A DNA stretch of 64,000 bases from an uncultured delta proteobacterium (GTDB lineage: Bacteria; Desulfobacterota; Syntrophia; Syntrophales; UBA2185), in NCBI GenBank assembly GCA_963695875.1, contig CAVOID010000007.1:98918-162917 (forward strand). The letters are read 5' to 3'. Below are positions 41,986 through 51,553 of the stretch, piece by piece (position 1 is the first letter of the stretch; each line of letters opens with the position of its first letter). The translations under genes were made by a program, and so were the position numbers. The notes under the pieces were generated by a model. The model saw only the letters and a program-made list of their open reading frames with translations, made no database searches and had not been told where the DNA came from.

Positions 41986-42648
41986 TTATTTTGATTGAAA
42001 AGATTCAATCCGATCCGAGAGCCAGTTGAACCAGTCTTTAAGACCGGCCGATGTCTTACATGAGACTTCGAATATCTTAAGCTTCAGGTTAAGGGTGAGG
42101 GCATCTTTCCTTGCCTTCACCATATCGAAGTCCACGTAGGGAAGAAGATCTATTTTGTTGATAATCATGGCCTCCGACTGCTGGAACATGAGGGGATACT
42201 TCGCCGGCTTGTCGGAACCCTCCGGGGTGCTCAGGACCATCGCCTTTATATTTTCCCCGATTTTGAACTCAGCCGGACAGACGAGATTGCCCACATTCTC
42301 GACAATGAGAAGATCAATCGAAGTGAGATCAAGGCCCGGCAGGGCTTCACGAACCATATTTCCATCTATATGGCACGCGCCTCCCGTATTGATCTGAACT
42401 ACCGGAGTTCCCAGTCTGGCAATCCTCTCTGCGTCAGACGAGCCCTGGATGTCTCCTTCAATAACACCGATTTTATATCGGCCCTGAAGGGCCTCGATAG
42501 TCTTCTCTACAAGTGATGTTTTTCCCGCACCGGGAGAACTCATCAGATTAAGGACATAAATCTTCTCGTTATCGAATAGCTTCCTGTTTTCTTCCGCAAT
42601 CCTGTCATTGGCATCGAGGATGTTTTTTACTATGGTAATTTTGGACAA
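41986..42648 (-). CDS. hypB: Hydrogenase nickel incorporation GTPase
   Basis: SSPGAGKT, GGACH, ENVGNLVCPA, NKIDL. Confidence 0.95.
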   Translation of the reverse strand: MSKITIVKNILDANDRIAEENRKLFDNEKIYVLNLMSSPGAGKTSLVEKTIEALQGRYKIGVIEGDIQGSSDAERIARLGTPVVQINTGGACHIDGNMVREALPGLDLTSIDLLIVENVGNLVCPAEFKIGENIKAMVLSTPEGSDKPAKYPLMFQQSEAMIINKIDLLPYVDFDMVKARKDALTLNLKLKIFEVSCKTSAGLKDWFNWLSDRIESFQSK

Positions 42649-42671
42649 GGTAATTTCTCCTCTTACTATTT

Positions 42672-42902
42672 TCAGTATATCTCATTTTCCATGATCTCTT
42701 TTAAGAGATCCAGCTTTTCCAGGGCAAGGGCCTCATCGATCTTATGAATGGCATAGCCCGCGTGACAGATGACGTAGTCACCGATTGTGACATCCTCATC
42801 AACTATATCAAGACAAACTTCCCGCCTGGTACCGCTGATGTCAATAACGGCAAAATTGTTTTCGTCAATTGATATGATTTTTCCCGGAAATCCAAGGCAC
42901 AT
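42672..42902 (-). CDS. hypC: Hydrogenase maturation chaperone
   Basis: MCLGFPG...GDYVICHAGYAI. Confidence 0.95.
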   Translation of the reverse strand: MCLGFPGKIISIDENNFAVIDISGTRREVCLDIVDEDVTIGDYVICHAGYAIHKIDEALALEKLDLLKEIMENEIY

Positions 42903-42916
42903 ATTACTACTAACCC

Positions 42917-43261
42917 TTAATCGACGTCTATTTCAAGAAGCTGAATTGTCTCCGTGCCGCCGACGAGGAGCACTTCTGAGCCGTTGCATTGCGGACATAC
43001 TGCGGCATATGTTTCCAGTTCGATATCCTTTTCACACACTAAGCAATGAATGATGATTGGTTTAATATCAAACTCAAGTAAAGCCCCTTCCGCTTTTGTA
43101 CCGCTGGATTGTATTTCAAAGGTGAATGCAAGTGCCTGGGGCTCAATGCAGGACAGCCGCCCAAAAGAGAGCTTCAAGGAATTAACATTATTAAATCGAT
43201 GTTCCTCTGCGTATTCTTCGATGATATCAAGTATTGAACAAATTATAGATAACTCATGCAT
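42917..43261 (-). CDS. hypA: Hydrogenase nickel metallochaperone
   Basis: MHELSI, two CxxC motifs. Confidence 0.95.
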   Translation of the reverse strand: MHELSIICSILDIIEEYAEEHRFNNVNSLKLSFGRLSCIEPQALAFTFEIQSSGTKAEGALLEFDIKPIIIHCLVCEKDIELETYAAVCPQCNGSEVLLVGGTETIQLLEIDVD

Positions 43262-43749
43262 TATTTAACTTCAGCGGGATTGATGCCATGGGAAGAAAGC
43301 TCTTGCAAAAGGAGCTTTTCCACTTCGGGAAATTTTTTTCTTATATGAGGTGTCAATTCAAGCCCCATATCCTTGTATTCGTAGGGAACAATGCAGAGAA
43401 AAATGACGTCAGGCAGCTCCTCGATTAGTTCCGCCTTGCAAAGTACATCCTGAAACGATACTTCGTGGGCTGATGTTGGTTGCAGTTCTTGTTCATCAAT
43501 TTCTTCTTTTGTAAAGCGATAAATGGACCCCGGTTCATTTGACTTTATTACGTCGATAACTAGAAGTTTATCGCAACTGCATACCGTATCAAGAAGTTTG
43601 TAACCGAGGGTTCCTCCCTCGACAATCCCAACGCCTTCCGGAAGCCGATAATTCTTCTCGAACCAGCGGACAAAATGGACACCGAATCCTTCATCCTGAA
43701 GAAGGATGTTGCCCAGTCCAAGGATCGTAATGTAATTCTTTTCTGACAT
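43261..43749 (-). CDS. Hydrogenase maturation protease (HyaD/HybD family)
   Basis: GLGNILLQDEGFG, EGGTLG, SAHE. Confidence 0.92.
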   Translation of the reverse strand: MSEKNYITILGLGNILLQDEGFGVHFVRWFEKNYRLPEGVGIVEGGTLGYKLLDTVCSCDKLLVIDVIKSNEPGSIYRFTKEEIDEQELQPTSAHEVSFQDVLCKAELIEELPDVIFLCIVPYEYKDMGLELTPHIRKKFPEVEKLLLQELSSHGINPAEVK

Positions 43750-43829
43750 ATTAGCTACAAGAAAAAAAGAATGGGGGAGAAAAATTTTCTCCCCCTTGAT
43801 ATATCATTTCCTGCTCATTATAAAAGTGA

Positions 43830-44495
43830 CTATTTCTTTTCCTTTTCGAAAAGCAGCCCGCTGATCATGGAAGAGACTGTACCTTCTTTCAGCACTGCGT
43901 CATACCAGAAGGCCATGTATACGTGCACTATGATGAAAAGGATGAAAAGCCACGTGAGGATGTGGTGCACAAAGCGGACGATGGCCAAGCCTCCCAGCAT
44001 ATTCTCCACCGGTTTTAAAATCTTATAGCAAAAAGCGGTGAATCCTGCATGATAACCCGCACCCATGAGGATCAAACCGGTGATGACGATGAGGAAGATC
44101 ATGATAAAAAGGCCGCTGTATGCGATGGATTGCATAGGCCCATAAAGATGGCAGTGTTTAGGCGGTTCCTTCTTGACGAGCAGGTAAAACTTGATCTGGT
44201 CCCAGGTGCATTCGAAGTCGGTCCATGCAAAGAAATCCTTCCAGTCAGCATTGAACTTCGAGAAAAAGGCAAGATAAGCCCTCCATATGAAAATGAACAT
44301 GAGGAGAATCCCGGAGATGATGTGCACATAGCGCATGTTCCCCATGAAGAACTTGTTCACCGTCTCTCCTGCATAGATTGTAAAAGGGGTAGCGATATAG
44401 AAACCCGTTACAATCAGGACAAGTGTAGATATTGCCATGGCCCAGTGATTGATCATAATTGCCGCAGACCATTCTTTTACAGGTTTTATTTCCAT
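43830..44495 (-). CDS. Ni/Fe-hydrogenase b-type cytochrome subunit
   Basis: NHW...TGFYI, RYVH, RFVHH, IVHVY; four TMs. Confidence 0.92.
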   Translation of the reverse strand: MEIKPVKEWSAAIMINHWAMAISTLVLIVTGFYIATPFTIYAGETVNKFFMGNMRYVHIISGILLMFIFIWRAYLAFFSKFNADWKDFFAWTDFECTWDQIKFYLLVKKEPPKHCHLYGPMQSIAYSGLFIMIFLIVITGLILMGAGYHAGFTAFCYKILKPVENMLGGLAIVRFVHHILTWLFILFIIVHVYMAFWYDAVLKEGTVSSMISGLLFEKEKK

Positions 44496-44513
44496 GGTTT
44501 TCCTCCCCTTTCT

Positions 44514-46190
44514 CTAAGCCACCCTGAATTTCCTGATTTCGTTGGTCTTTGGGTCGATGATATGAACCGCACAGGCCATACAGGGATCGAAGGAATGAAT
44601 GGTTCTCAAGATTTCCAGAGGCTGGTCCACTTTAGCAAGCCTCGTTCCGATGAGGGATTCCTCGTACGGTCCGCGTTTCCCCAACTTATCTCTTGGGGAG
44701 CAGTTCCAGGTGGAAGGAACTACAGCCTGATAATTCGCAATGACTTTGTTTTCAATTCTTACCCAGTGGCCTAATGCTCCTCGCGGTGGCTCCGTCATGC
44801 CGCGGCCCTGAACAGGTTTCCCCGGTACATCGCAGCGCGTCCATGTCCGGGTGTCCCCTTTCTTGATATTGGCAATGAGTTCATTGACCCAACCCTCAAT
44901 ATGGTCGGCCACGTACTTGGTCTCTATGCACCGTGATGCAGTTCTGCCCAGAGTGGAGAAAAGGGCGCTCACCGGAATGCTTGCTGCCTTAAGGGTTGCA
45001 TCCACAAGTCCCTTGATTTCCTCATTACCTACGGCATATCCGACAAGCATACGGGACAGAGGACCTACCTCATGGGGCTGCCCGTTATATCTCGGCGCTT
45101 TGCACCAGGAGTACTTTCCATCTCCCTTCAAGTTGCCTTTGTCATCATAGCCTGTGTATTCCGGATCAGTCGTGCCCTTGTAAGGATGTGCAGGCTCCGT
45201 GCCCTTGTACCAGGAGTGTGTTGCCTCTTCCGTAATCTTTTCCTCATCCAGTTTCAAGGGTTTGGCAATATCCCTGTTCTGGACCACGCCCCTCGGGAAT
45301 AGGAAGGTATTCATGTCGTCGTCAAGTGGGAAACCGCCATAACTCAGGTAATTTTTCACTCCCCCCCCGATGCCGGCTGCGCCTTCACCCTTGTAATAGG
45401 TTGCAGCGAGCAGTACATCGGGAATGTAGGCGGTTTCAATAAAGTTTTGCAGCTCTTTCAGACGGAAAACAAACTGGCCGAGACGATTGGCATCCAGGGC
45501 ATCCATCACACAGGTAACACCGCCGACAACCAGGGACTGTGGATGGGGGTTCTTTCCGCCGAAGATGGTCTGCATCTGGGCAGCTACCTTGGATACCTGA
45601 AGGGCATCCAGATAGTGGGAAACTATGATCAGGTTTGCCTCGGGAGGAAGCTTGTAGGAGGGATTTCCCCAGTAGGCGTTTGCAAAAGGTCCGAGACGCC
45701 CTGACTTCACAAATTTTGTGAGGCGCTGCTGGACGGCTTTGTAATGCGTTTCCGAGCAATTGTAGGGATCGGGACTATAGCCCCTGGCCATATCTACCGC
45801 CTTCTTCGGGTCCGCGGAAAGGGCGCTCACAATATCCACCCAGTCAAGTCCGTGGAGATGGTAGAATTGCATGATATGATCACCCAGGTACCAGGAGCCC
45901 TGAATCAGGTTTCTTATAATACGGGCATTGGGGGGCGGTTTGATACCGAATGCATCTTCAACAGCCATGGTGCTCGCTTCATAGTGGACATAGGTACATA
46001 CACCGCAGAATCTCTGGCAAATGAGCCCCGCATCCCGTGGGTCTCGACCTTTCAGGATCGTCTCTATACCCCGCCACAGGGTGATGCTGCTCCAGGCGTC
46101 GCTGATCGTATTTTTATCATCAACTTCACATTCTATTCTTAGATGTCCTTCAATCCTGGTTATGGGATCTACGATAATTCTTTTAGCCAT
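44514..46190 (-). CDS. [NiFe] hydrogenase large subunit, group 1 (1b-like)
   Basis: DPITRIEGH, L1 QRFCGVCTYVH, L2 SFDPCMACAVH plus cleavable tail. Confidence 0.95.
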   Translation of the reverse strand: MAKRIIVDPITRIEGHLRIECEVDDKNTISDAWSSITLWRGIETILKGRDPRDAGLICQRFCGVCTYVHYEASTMAVEDAFGIKPPPNARIIRNLIQGSWYLGDHIMQFYHLHGLDWVDIVSALSADPKKAVDMARGYSPDPYNCSETHYKAVQQRLTKFVKSGRLGPFANAYWGNPSYKLPPEANLIIVSHYLDALQVSKVAAQMQTIFGGKNPHPQSLVVGGVTCVMDALDANRLGQFVFRLKELQNFIETAYIPDVLLAATYYKGEGAAGIGGGVKNYLSYGGFPLDDDMNTFLFPRGVVQNRDIAKPLKLDEEKITEEATHSWYKGTEPAHPYKGTTDPEYTGYDDKGNLKGDGKYSWCKAPRYNGQPHEVGPLSRMLVGYAVGNEEIKGLVDATLKAASIPVSALFSTLGRTASRCIETKYVADHIEGWVNELIANIKKGDTRTWTRCDVPGKPVQGRGMTEPPRGALGHWVRIENKVIANYQAVVPSTWNCSPRDKLGKRGPYEESLIGTRLAKVDQPLEILRTIHSFDPCMACAVHIIDPKTNEIRKFRVA

Positions 46191-47370
46191 GGTTTGCCTC
46201 CTCATCTTTTCCCTTGTGACGGATTGCACTGGCGACCGCATGCACTGCAACACCCGCTGCTGTTATACCTGTCAGGGCGAGCCCAATGTTATCAACTGTG
46301 CGCTCCCCACCTCCAATCGAAGCTTCGGCGATTGGCTTTTCCAGCGGAGCCATAGTGTCCCAGAATCCCGGTTCCGTGCATCCTATACAGCCATGACCAG
46401 CCATGACGGGCCAGGAGACGCCATCATTAAATCGCACTTTGCCGCAATTGGCAAAAGTATAAGGGCCTTTGCAGCCGACGTTGTATAGGCACCAGCCTTT
46501 TTTGGCTCCCTCATCGCCCCACTCTTCTACGAACTCAGCAGCATCGTAGTGGGACCTTCTCTCGCAAACATCGTGGATCCTCTGTCCGTATGCCCAGATC
46601 GGTCTTCCTATCGAATCCAAAGCAGGCATGCCGCCGAACATGAGATAGTGAAGCAGTGTGCCAACAAAATTGACGGTATTAGGGGGGCAACCGGCGATGT
46701 TGACTGTTTCTATGCCCAGTACCTTGCTGATTCCTGCGGCGTCTGTGGGATTGGGCCTTGCAGCTTGTATATTCCCGTTGCAGGCGCAGGCGCCAATGCA
46801 AACGGTGGCGGCAGCCTTATGAGTCACCTCTTTAGCCACCTGGATTGATGTCTTACCTTTTGGACCGAGGGTTAGATATTTTCCATCTAATCCGCGGGGT
46901 ATAGCGCCTTCGATGACACAGACAAACTTTTTCTTGAAATCAGCCATGGCCTTTTCCAGATTCTGTTCCGCCTGATAGCCTGCGGCAGCCATAACTGTTT
47001 CATGGTATTCGAGGGAGATAGTCTCCAGGACGATGTCGGCGACATTCGGATACGAAGAACGGAGAAATGCTTCAGTGCATCCTGTACATTCAGCAAAGTG
47101 GAGCCATACAATGGGAAGGCGGCTGAAATTTTCTGCGGCCTTCGCCAGGGCAGGCTGGAAAATTGGGGGCAACATCAATGCGGATGTCATGATGGAAGTC
47201 CATTTGATGAAATCCCTTCTGCTAACGCCGCGTTCCCCTAAAAGCTCATTTAAATCTTCCCTTGGCGGTGGGAGCTCTCTGTCCAAGCGTTCCTGATTGA
47301 CTTTGCAGTATTCCATCAGTTGTTTATAATGATTGCTTACAGTCTTACTGTACTCATCGGAACCTTTCAT
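46183..47370 (-). CDS. [NiFe] hydrogenase small subunit with Tat signal and C-terminal anchor
   Basis: SRRDFIK, ECTGC, GCPP, HDVCERR, GCKGP, GHGCIGC, C-terminal TM. Confidence 0.95.
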   Translation of the reverse strand: MKGSDEYSKTVSNHYKQLMEYCKVNQERLDRELPPPREDLNELLGERGVSRRDFIKWTSIMTSALMLPPIFQPALAKAAENFSRLPIVWLHFAECTGCTEAFLRSSYPNVADIVLETISLEYHETVMAAAGYQAEQNLEKAMADFKKKFVCVIEGAIPRGLDGKYLTLGPKGKTSIQVAKEVTHKAAATVCIGACACNGNIQAARPNPTDAAGISKVLGIETVNIAGCPPNTVNFVGTLLHYLMFGGMPALDSIGRPIWAYGQRIHDVCERRSHYDAAEFVEEWGDEGAKKGWCLYNVGCKGPYTFANCGKVRFNDGVSWPVMAGHGCIGCTEPGFWDTMAPLEKPIAEASIGGGERTVDNIGLALTGITAAGVAVHAVASAIRHKGKDEEANHG

Positions 47371-47924
47371 ATTACCTCCTTCCATCATCTTAAATATTTT
47401 TCCCAAAAGGTTTTAGTTTCTTTTGAGATTTTGGAGAGTTAGTAAAGATCTGGTGTTTGCCAACGAACGCAGGGATACATGAGGCATAAACAGTATGCAT
47501 GCCACATTCGCAGGGGTTGACATATGTCATATTCAACATAATGTCAATAAAAATCTGTCTGCCAGCTTTATCCTTTTATATGTAAAAATTGTTACATCTC
47601 TCAGGATTTTTTATCCATAGGGAAAATACGTGAAGGCGATGGTCAAATATCTCATTTATCTGTCAGGAAATGGATGATAGATGCATAAGCACAAAAGATG
47701 CAGTACGCATCAGGGATGTTTCCAGTCTGGAAGGATGGCAGTAGGCGAGTCTTGTCCAGTAAAAAGGAAATTTAAATGCAAACGGCCAAAGGAATGAAGC
47801 ATAGAGATTCCTGACAGGATGGATCTGTAAAAAATGCTGGTAATTTGTCCATACATAGAATACAAATTCCTGGTTTAGAAAAATATCCGGCGTTCCTACG
47901 CCACTTTTATAAAAGGAGTTTTTT

Positions 47925-48770
47925 ATGAGTCAAGAAAACCGTTCTTTTCGCGGGGGTTCCAAATATGTTCTCGATGATGAACTGGCAAAGATTGTGAATG
48001 TTTCCATGGCCCTGGAGATGCCCCTTCTGCTCAAGGGTGAACCGGGTACAGGCAAGACGATGCTCGCCCATGCCATTTCCGAAAGTCTTGAAGATGCCCC
48101 TGATCGTGCTGAACGTGAAGTCCAGCATGAAGCTGGTGGATGCCCTTGTATCAGTACGATACCCTGACGCGCCTCAACGACAGCCGCTTCGGGGATTCCA
48201 AGCGGGATGTGAGCAACATCGAAGAATACATCCGGATGGGGAAAATCGGGCAGGCCTTCGTGTCGGAGGTGCGAACGGTGCTCCTGATCGATGAGATCGA
48301 CAAGGCCGACAGCGATTTTCAGGATGACATGCTCGATGTCCTCGACCAGATGCAGTTCGATATCATAGAGATTGACAAGACCATCACAGCCCGTAACCGG
48401 CCGGTGATAGTCATTACGTCCAACGCCAAGAAGGACCTCTCCGATCCCTTCCTGGGCCGCTGCAATTTCCACCACATTGCCTTTCCCGATGTCGGGATGA
48501 TGCGGCTTATTGTGGATGTTCATTTTCCCAATCTGAGCAAAGAGATGGTCTGATTCCTGCATCGAGGCCTTCTACCGCTTGCGTGAATTCAAGGGAATTG
48601 AAAAGAAACCGGCCACGCGGGAGTTGATCAACTGGATTCGCGCCCTGAAAACGGACCCTGATTTTCAAGTGAAATCGCTTAACCGGGGGAATTTGCCCTA
48701 TCTGGGCATCCTCTTCAAGAAAAGCGCCGATCTGACGGCGGCTGCCCAGCAGGTCGCGAGAATGCGCTGA
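47925..48770 (+). CDS. MoxR-family AAA+ ATPase; frameshifted
   Basis: GEPGTGKT, LLIDEIDKAD, ITSNAKKDLSDPFLGRC, KKPATRELINW across three ORFs. Confidence 0.88.
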
Positions 48771-48776
48771 GAGGAA

Positions 48777-49978
48777 TTGGAATTGTTTGTCGAATTTTTT
48801 TATACGTTGCGTGAACGGGGGATTCCCGTATCTCCCACGTCTTTTTTGCGGCTGCAGAAAGCGTTGAGCCTTGGCGTGATCAAATCCGTTGATGATTTTT
48901 ACACGGCCGCCCGGGCGATCCTCGTCAAAAGCGAGCGCTATTTCGATATGTACGATCAGGTATTTGCTCATTTTTTCAAGGGTGATTGCATTGCAGGCAC
49001 CCGACGAGATTGAACTGACGGAGATCGTTAGGGCGCTCCTGGAAGAATGGCTGAAGAATCCGGTCGGAAATCGCCGAGGCTCTTGGTCTGGATGAGTCAA
49101 CGCTGAAAAAAATGACACCTGAGGAGCTGGTCCAATATTTTCTGGACCGTCTCAAGGATCAGACGGAAGCCCACCATGGAGGAAACCGCTGGATCGGTAC
49201 GGGCGGCACGTCGCCTGTAGGGCATTCGGGCTATCATCCCGGCGGCATGCGTGTGGGCGGGCGGTCCCGCAATAAATCGGCCATCAAAGTTGCCATGGAA
49301 CGGCGATACAAGGATTATTCCCAGGAAGGACCCCTGACGGAGGTTCAGATGAGCGAGGCCCTGAAGCGCTTGCGCCGGATGGTGCCCTCGGGGCCGAAAG
49401 ACGTGGTCAATGTGGATAAGACCATTTATGAGACGATGAGGAATGCCGGAGAAATCGAAATCATCTTTGACCGACATCTGGCGGACCGTCTCAAGATTAT
49501 CCTGATGATCGACAACGGCGGCTGGTCCATGGACCCATACATAGAGGTGGTGCAAACCCTGTTTCATTATGCCCGGAGCCAGTTCAAGGATCTGAAGATA
49601 TACTTCTTCCATAACACCATTTACAGCCGTGTCTGGCAGGACCCGGAGCGACGATACAAACCGGAGTTGATCGAAGATTTTATCCGCAAAGATCCGGAAA
49701 CGCGGTTGATCATCGTGGGAGACGCAAGCATGGCTCCCTATGAGCTGATCCATAGCAACGGCTCGATATATGTCGATGAGATCGAAGTAGGGACCGGCCT
49801 GGACCGTTTGAAATTTCTCGCACATACCTTCCGCCATGCCGTCTGGCTCAATCCCCAGTGCGAGCAGGAGTGGCGCCATACTTATACTATCGGCATCATC
49901 CGGCAGGTCTTCCCCATGTTCGAATTGACCCTGGACGGCCTGGAGAAGGCTGTTCAATGCCTCATGGCCAGACACTGA
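48777..49978 (+). CDS. VWA/CoxE-like partner of MoxR; frameshifted
   Basis: HHGGNRWIGTGGTSP.GH.G, MIDAS-like DNGGWSM, VGDASMAPYEL, WLNP. Confidence 0.85.
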
Positions 49979-50167
49979 TACACTTCACCAGATCGGTTAC
50001 TGCTTAATGTAGGGCGACAGTTGGGGTAATTGAGAGCCCTGGGATAGTGCCGCAATCACGAAGACTGCTTCTTCGTTACTTCTTGGGGGAGAATTATTAC
50101 CGCGCACATACGCTCGTTCTGGAGATCAATTGGTCCGAAGACAGCAGGCAGCGCCTGCCATCCAGGA

Positions 50168-51553
50168 TCAACCTAGGGGGGATGCCTTCGCCGTGCTGTC
50201 CAAGGTTGATACCGCCTCTGCGAAGAGGTCGTAGTCACCGGCAGCGGTGATTTTGCAGATCATGATATCTCCGATGGTGAGGCTTTTCCCTTTCACATAG
50301 GTGATCCCGTCGATTTCCAGGGCCTGTCTCCGGCACCGTCCGGTATAGTGGAAATCGGGGCCTCCGCTCGTTCCTTCGATCATGACTTCCTGGATCGACC
50401 CAATCAGAGACTGGTTGATATCATACGAGATGACCGCCTGCTCTTCCATGAGGAGCTGTCTCCGGGATTCTTTTTCCCTCTCTGTAATACGGGAAGGATA
50501 AGATGCGGCTTTCGTGCCTTCTTCTCGGGAGTAGGTGAAGACACCCAGATGATCAAACCGTGTTTCTCTTACAAAGGACAGCAGCCGGGTGAATTTTGTC
50601 TGTGTTTCTCCCGGAAACCCAACGATAATGGATGTTCTCAGGGCTACACCAGGAATTATTTCTCTCGCTTTTTGGGTGGCTTTTCTGATCAGGTCACTCC
50701 TGCCGCGTCTCTTCATGGCCGCCAGTATTTCATCGTCTATGTGCTGGATCGGGATATCAATGTAGTTGCATATATTTTCTTCATTGGCGATTGTTTTAAG
50801 AATCTCATCAGTGAGTCCGGCGGGATGAGTATAAAGAAGTCTTATCCAGTGCAGCCCTTTTATGTATGCCAGTTTTTTAAGTAGAACGCTGAGGGACGGT
50901 TTTCCTTTCAGGTCACGCCCGTAGGCCGTTGTGTCCTGGGCGGTGATGATGATCTCTTTAACCCCGCCTCTTACAAGGGTTTCAGCTTCCGTCAGTATAT
51001 CATCAATATCCCTGCTCCTGGCTTTTCCACGTATCGCCGGGATCACACAGTAGGAACAACGGTTGGAACAGCCTTCGGCAATCTTGAGGTAGGAGGTGTA
51101 AAAAGGTGTCGTTGTGAGGCGGGGATAGCTTGCATCCATCAGGAAGGAAGGTTTGCCGACGACGGATCTCCTGTCTGTTGGCTCAGAAAGAGCCAAGTTG
51201 TCCAGGTATTGCGCAATCTTCGGAACTTCACCCACCCCCAGGAAGAGGTCTACTTCCGGCAACTCTTTTTCTAAAATCCTTCCGTATCGCTGAGGAAGGC
51301 ATCCTGTTACGACCAGGTGGGTGCAGGGTCCCTTTCGTCCTTTTTTCCATTCGGCCATCCTCAGGATTTCATCGATGGATTCTTCTTTTGCAGGCAGAAT
51401 GAAAGCGCAGGTATTGACCAGGATGATATCCGCTCTTTCCGCTTTAGGTATGATGCGGTAGCCGCTCTTTGAGAGGAGTGCGGCCATAACCTCGGAGTCA
51501 ACCAGATTTTTCGGACAGCCGAGGCTTACGATGTGTACCTTTCTACATTTCAA
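50168..51553 (-). CDS. rimO: Ribosomal protein S12 methylthiotransferase
   Basis: SLGCPKNLVDSE, NTCAFI, KIAEGCSNRCSYC, TRAM domain ..EIDG. Confidence 0.95.
   Translation of the reverse strand: MKCRKVHIVSLGCPKNLVDSEVMAALLSKSGYRIIPKAERADIILVNTCAFILPAKEESIDEILRMAEWKKGRKGPCTHLVVTGCLPQRYGRILEKELPEVDLFLGVGEVPKIAQYLDNLALSEPTDRRSVVGKPSFLMDASYPRLTTTPFYTSYLKIAEGCSNRCSYCVIPAIRGKARSRDIDDILTEAETLVRGGVKEIIITAQDTTAYGRDLKGKPSLSVLLKKLAYIKGLHWIRLLYTHPAGLTDEILKTIANEENICNYIDIPIQHIDDEILAAMKRRGRSDLIRKATQKAREIIPGVALRTSIIVGFPGETQTKFTRLLSFVRETRFDHLGVFTYSREEGTKAASYPSRITEREKESRRQLLMEEQAVISYDINQSLIGSIQEVMIEGTSGGPDFHYTGRCRRQALEIDGITYVKGKSLTIGDIMICKITAAGDYDLFAEAVSTLDSTAKASPLG

Noticed and set aside
44560-44600. [NiFeSe] hydrogenase
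   Set aside because: L2 motif is DPCMAC with Cys codons and no in-frame TGA.
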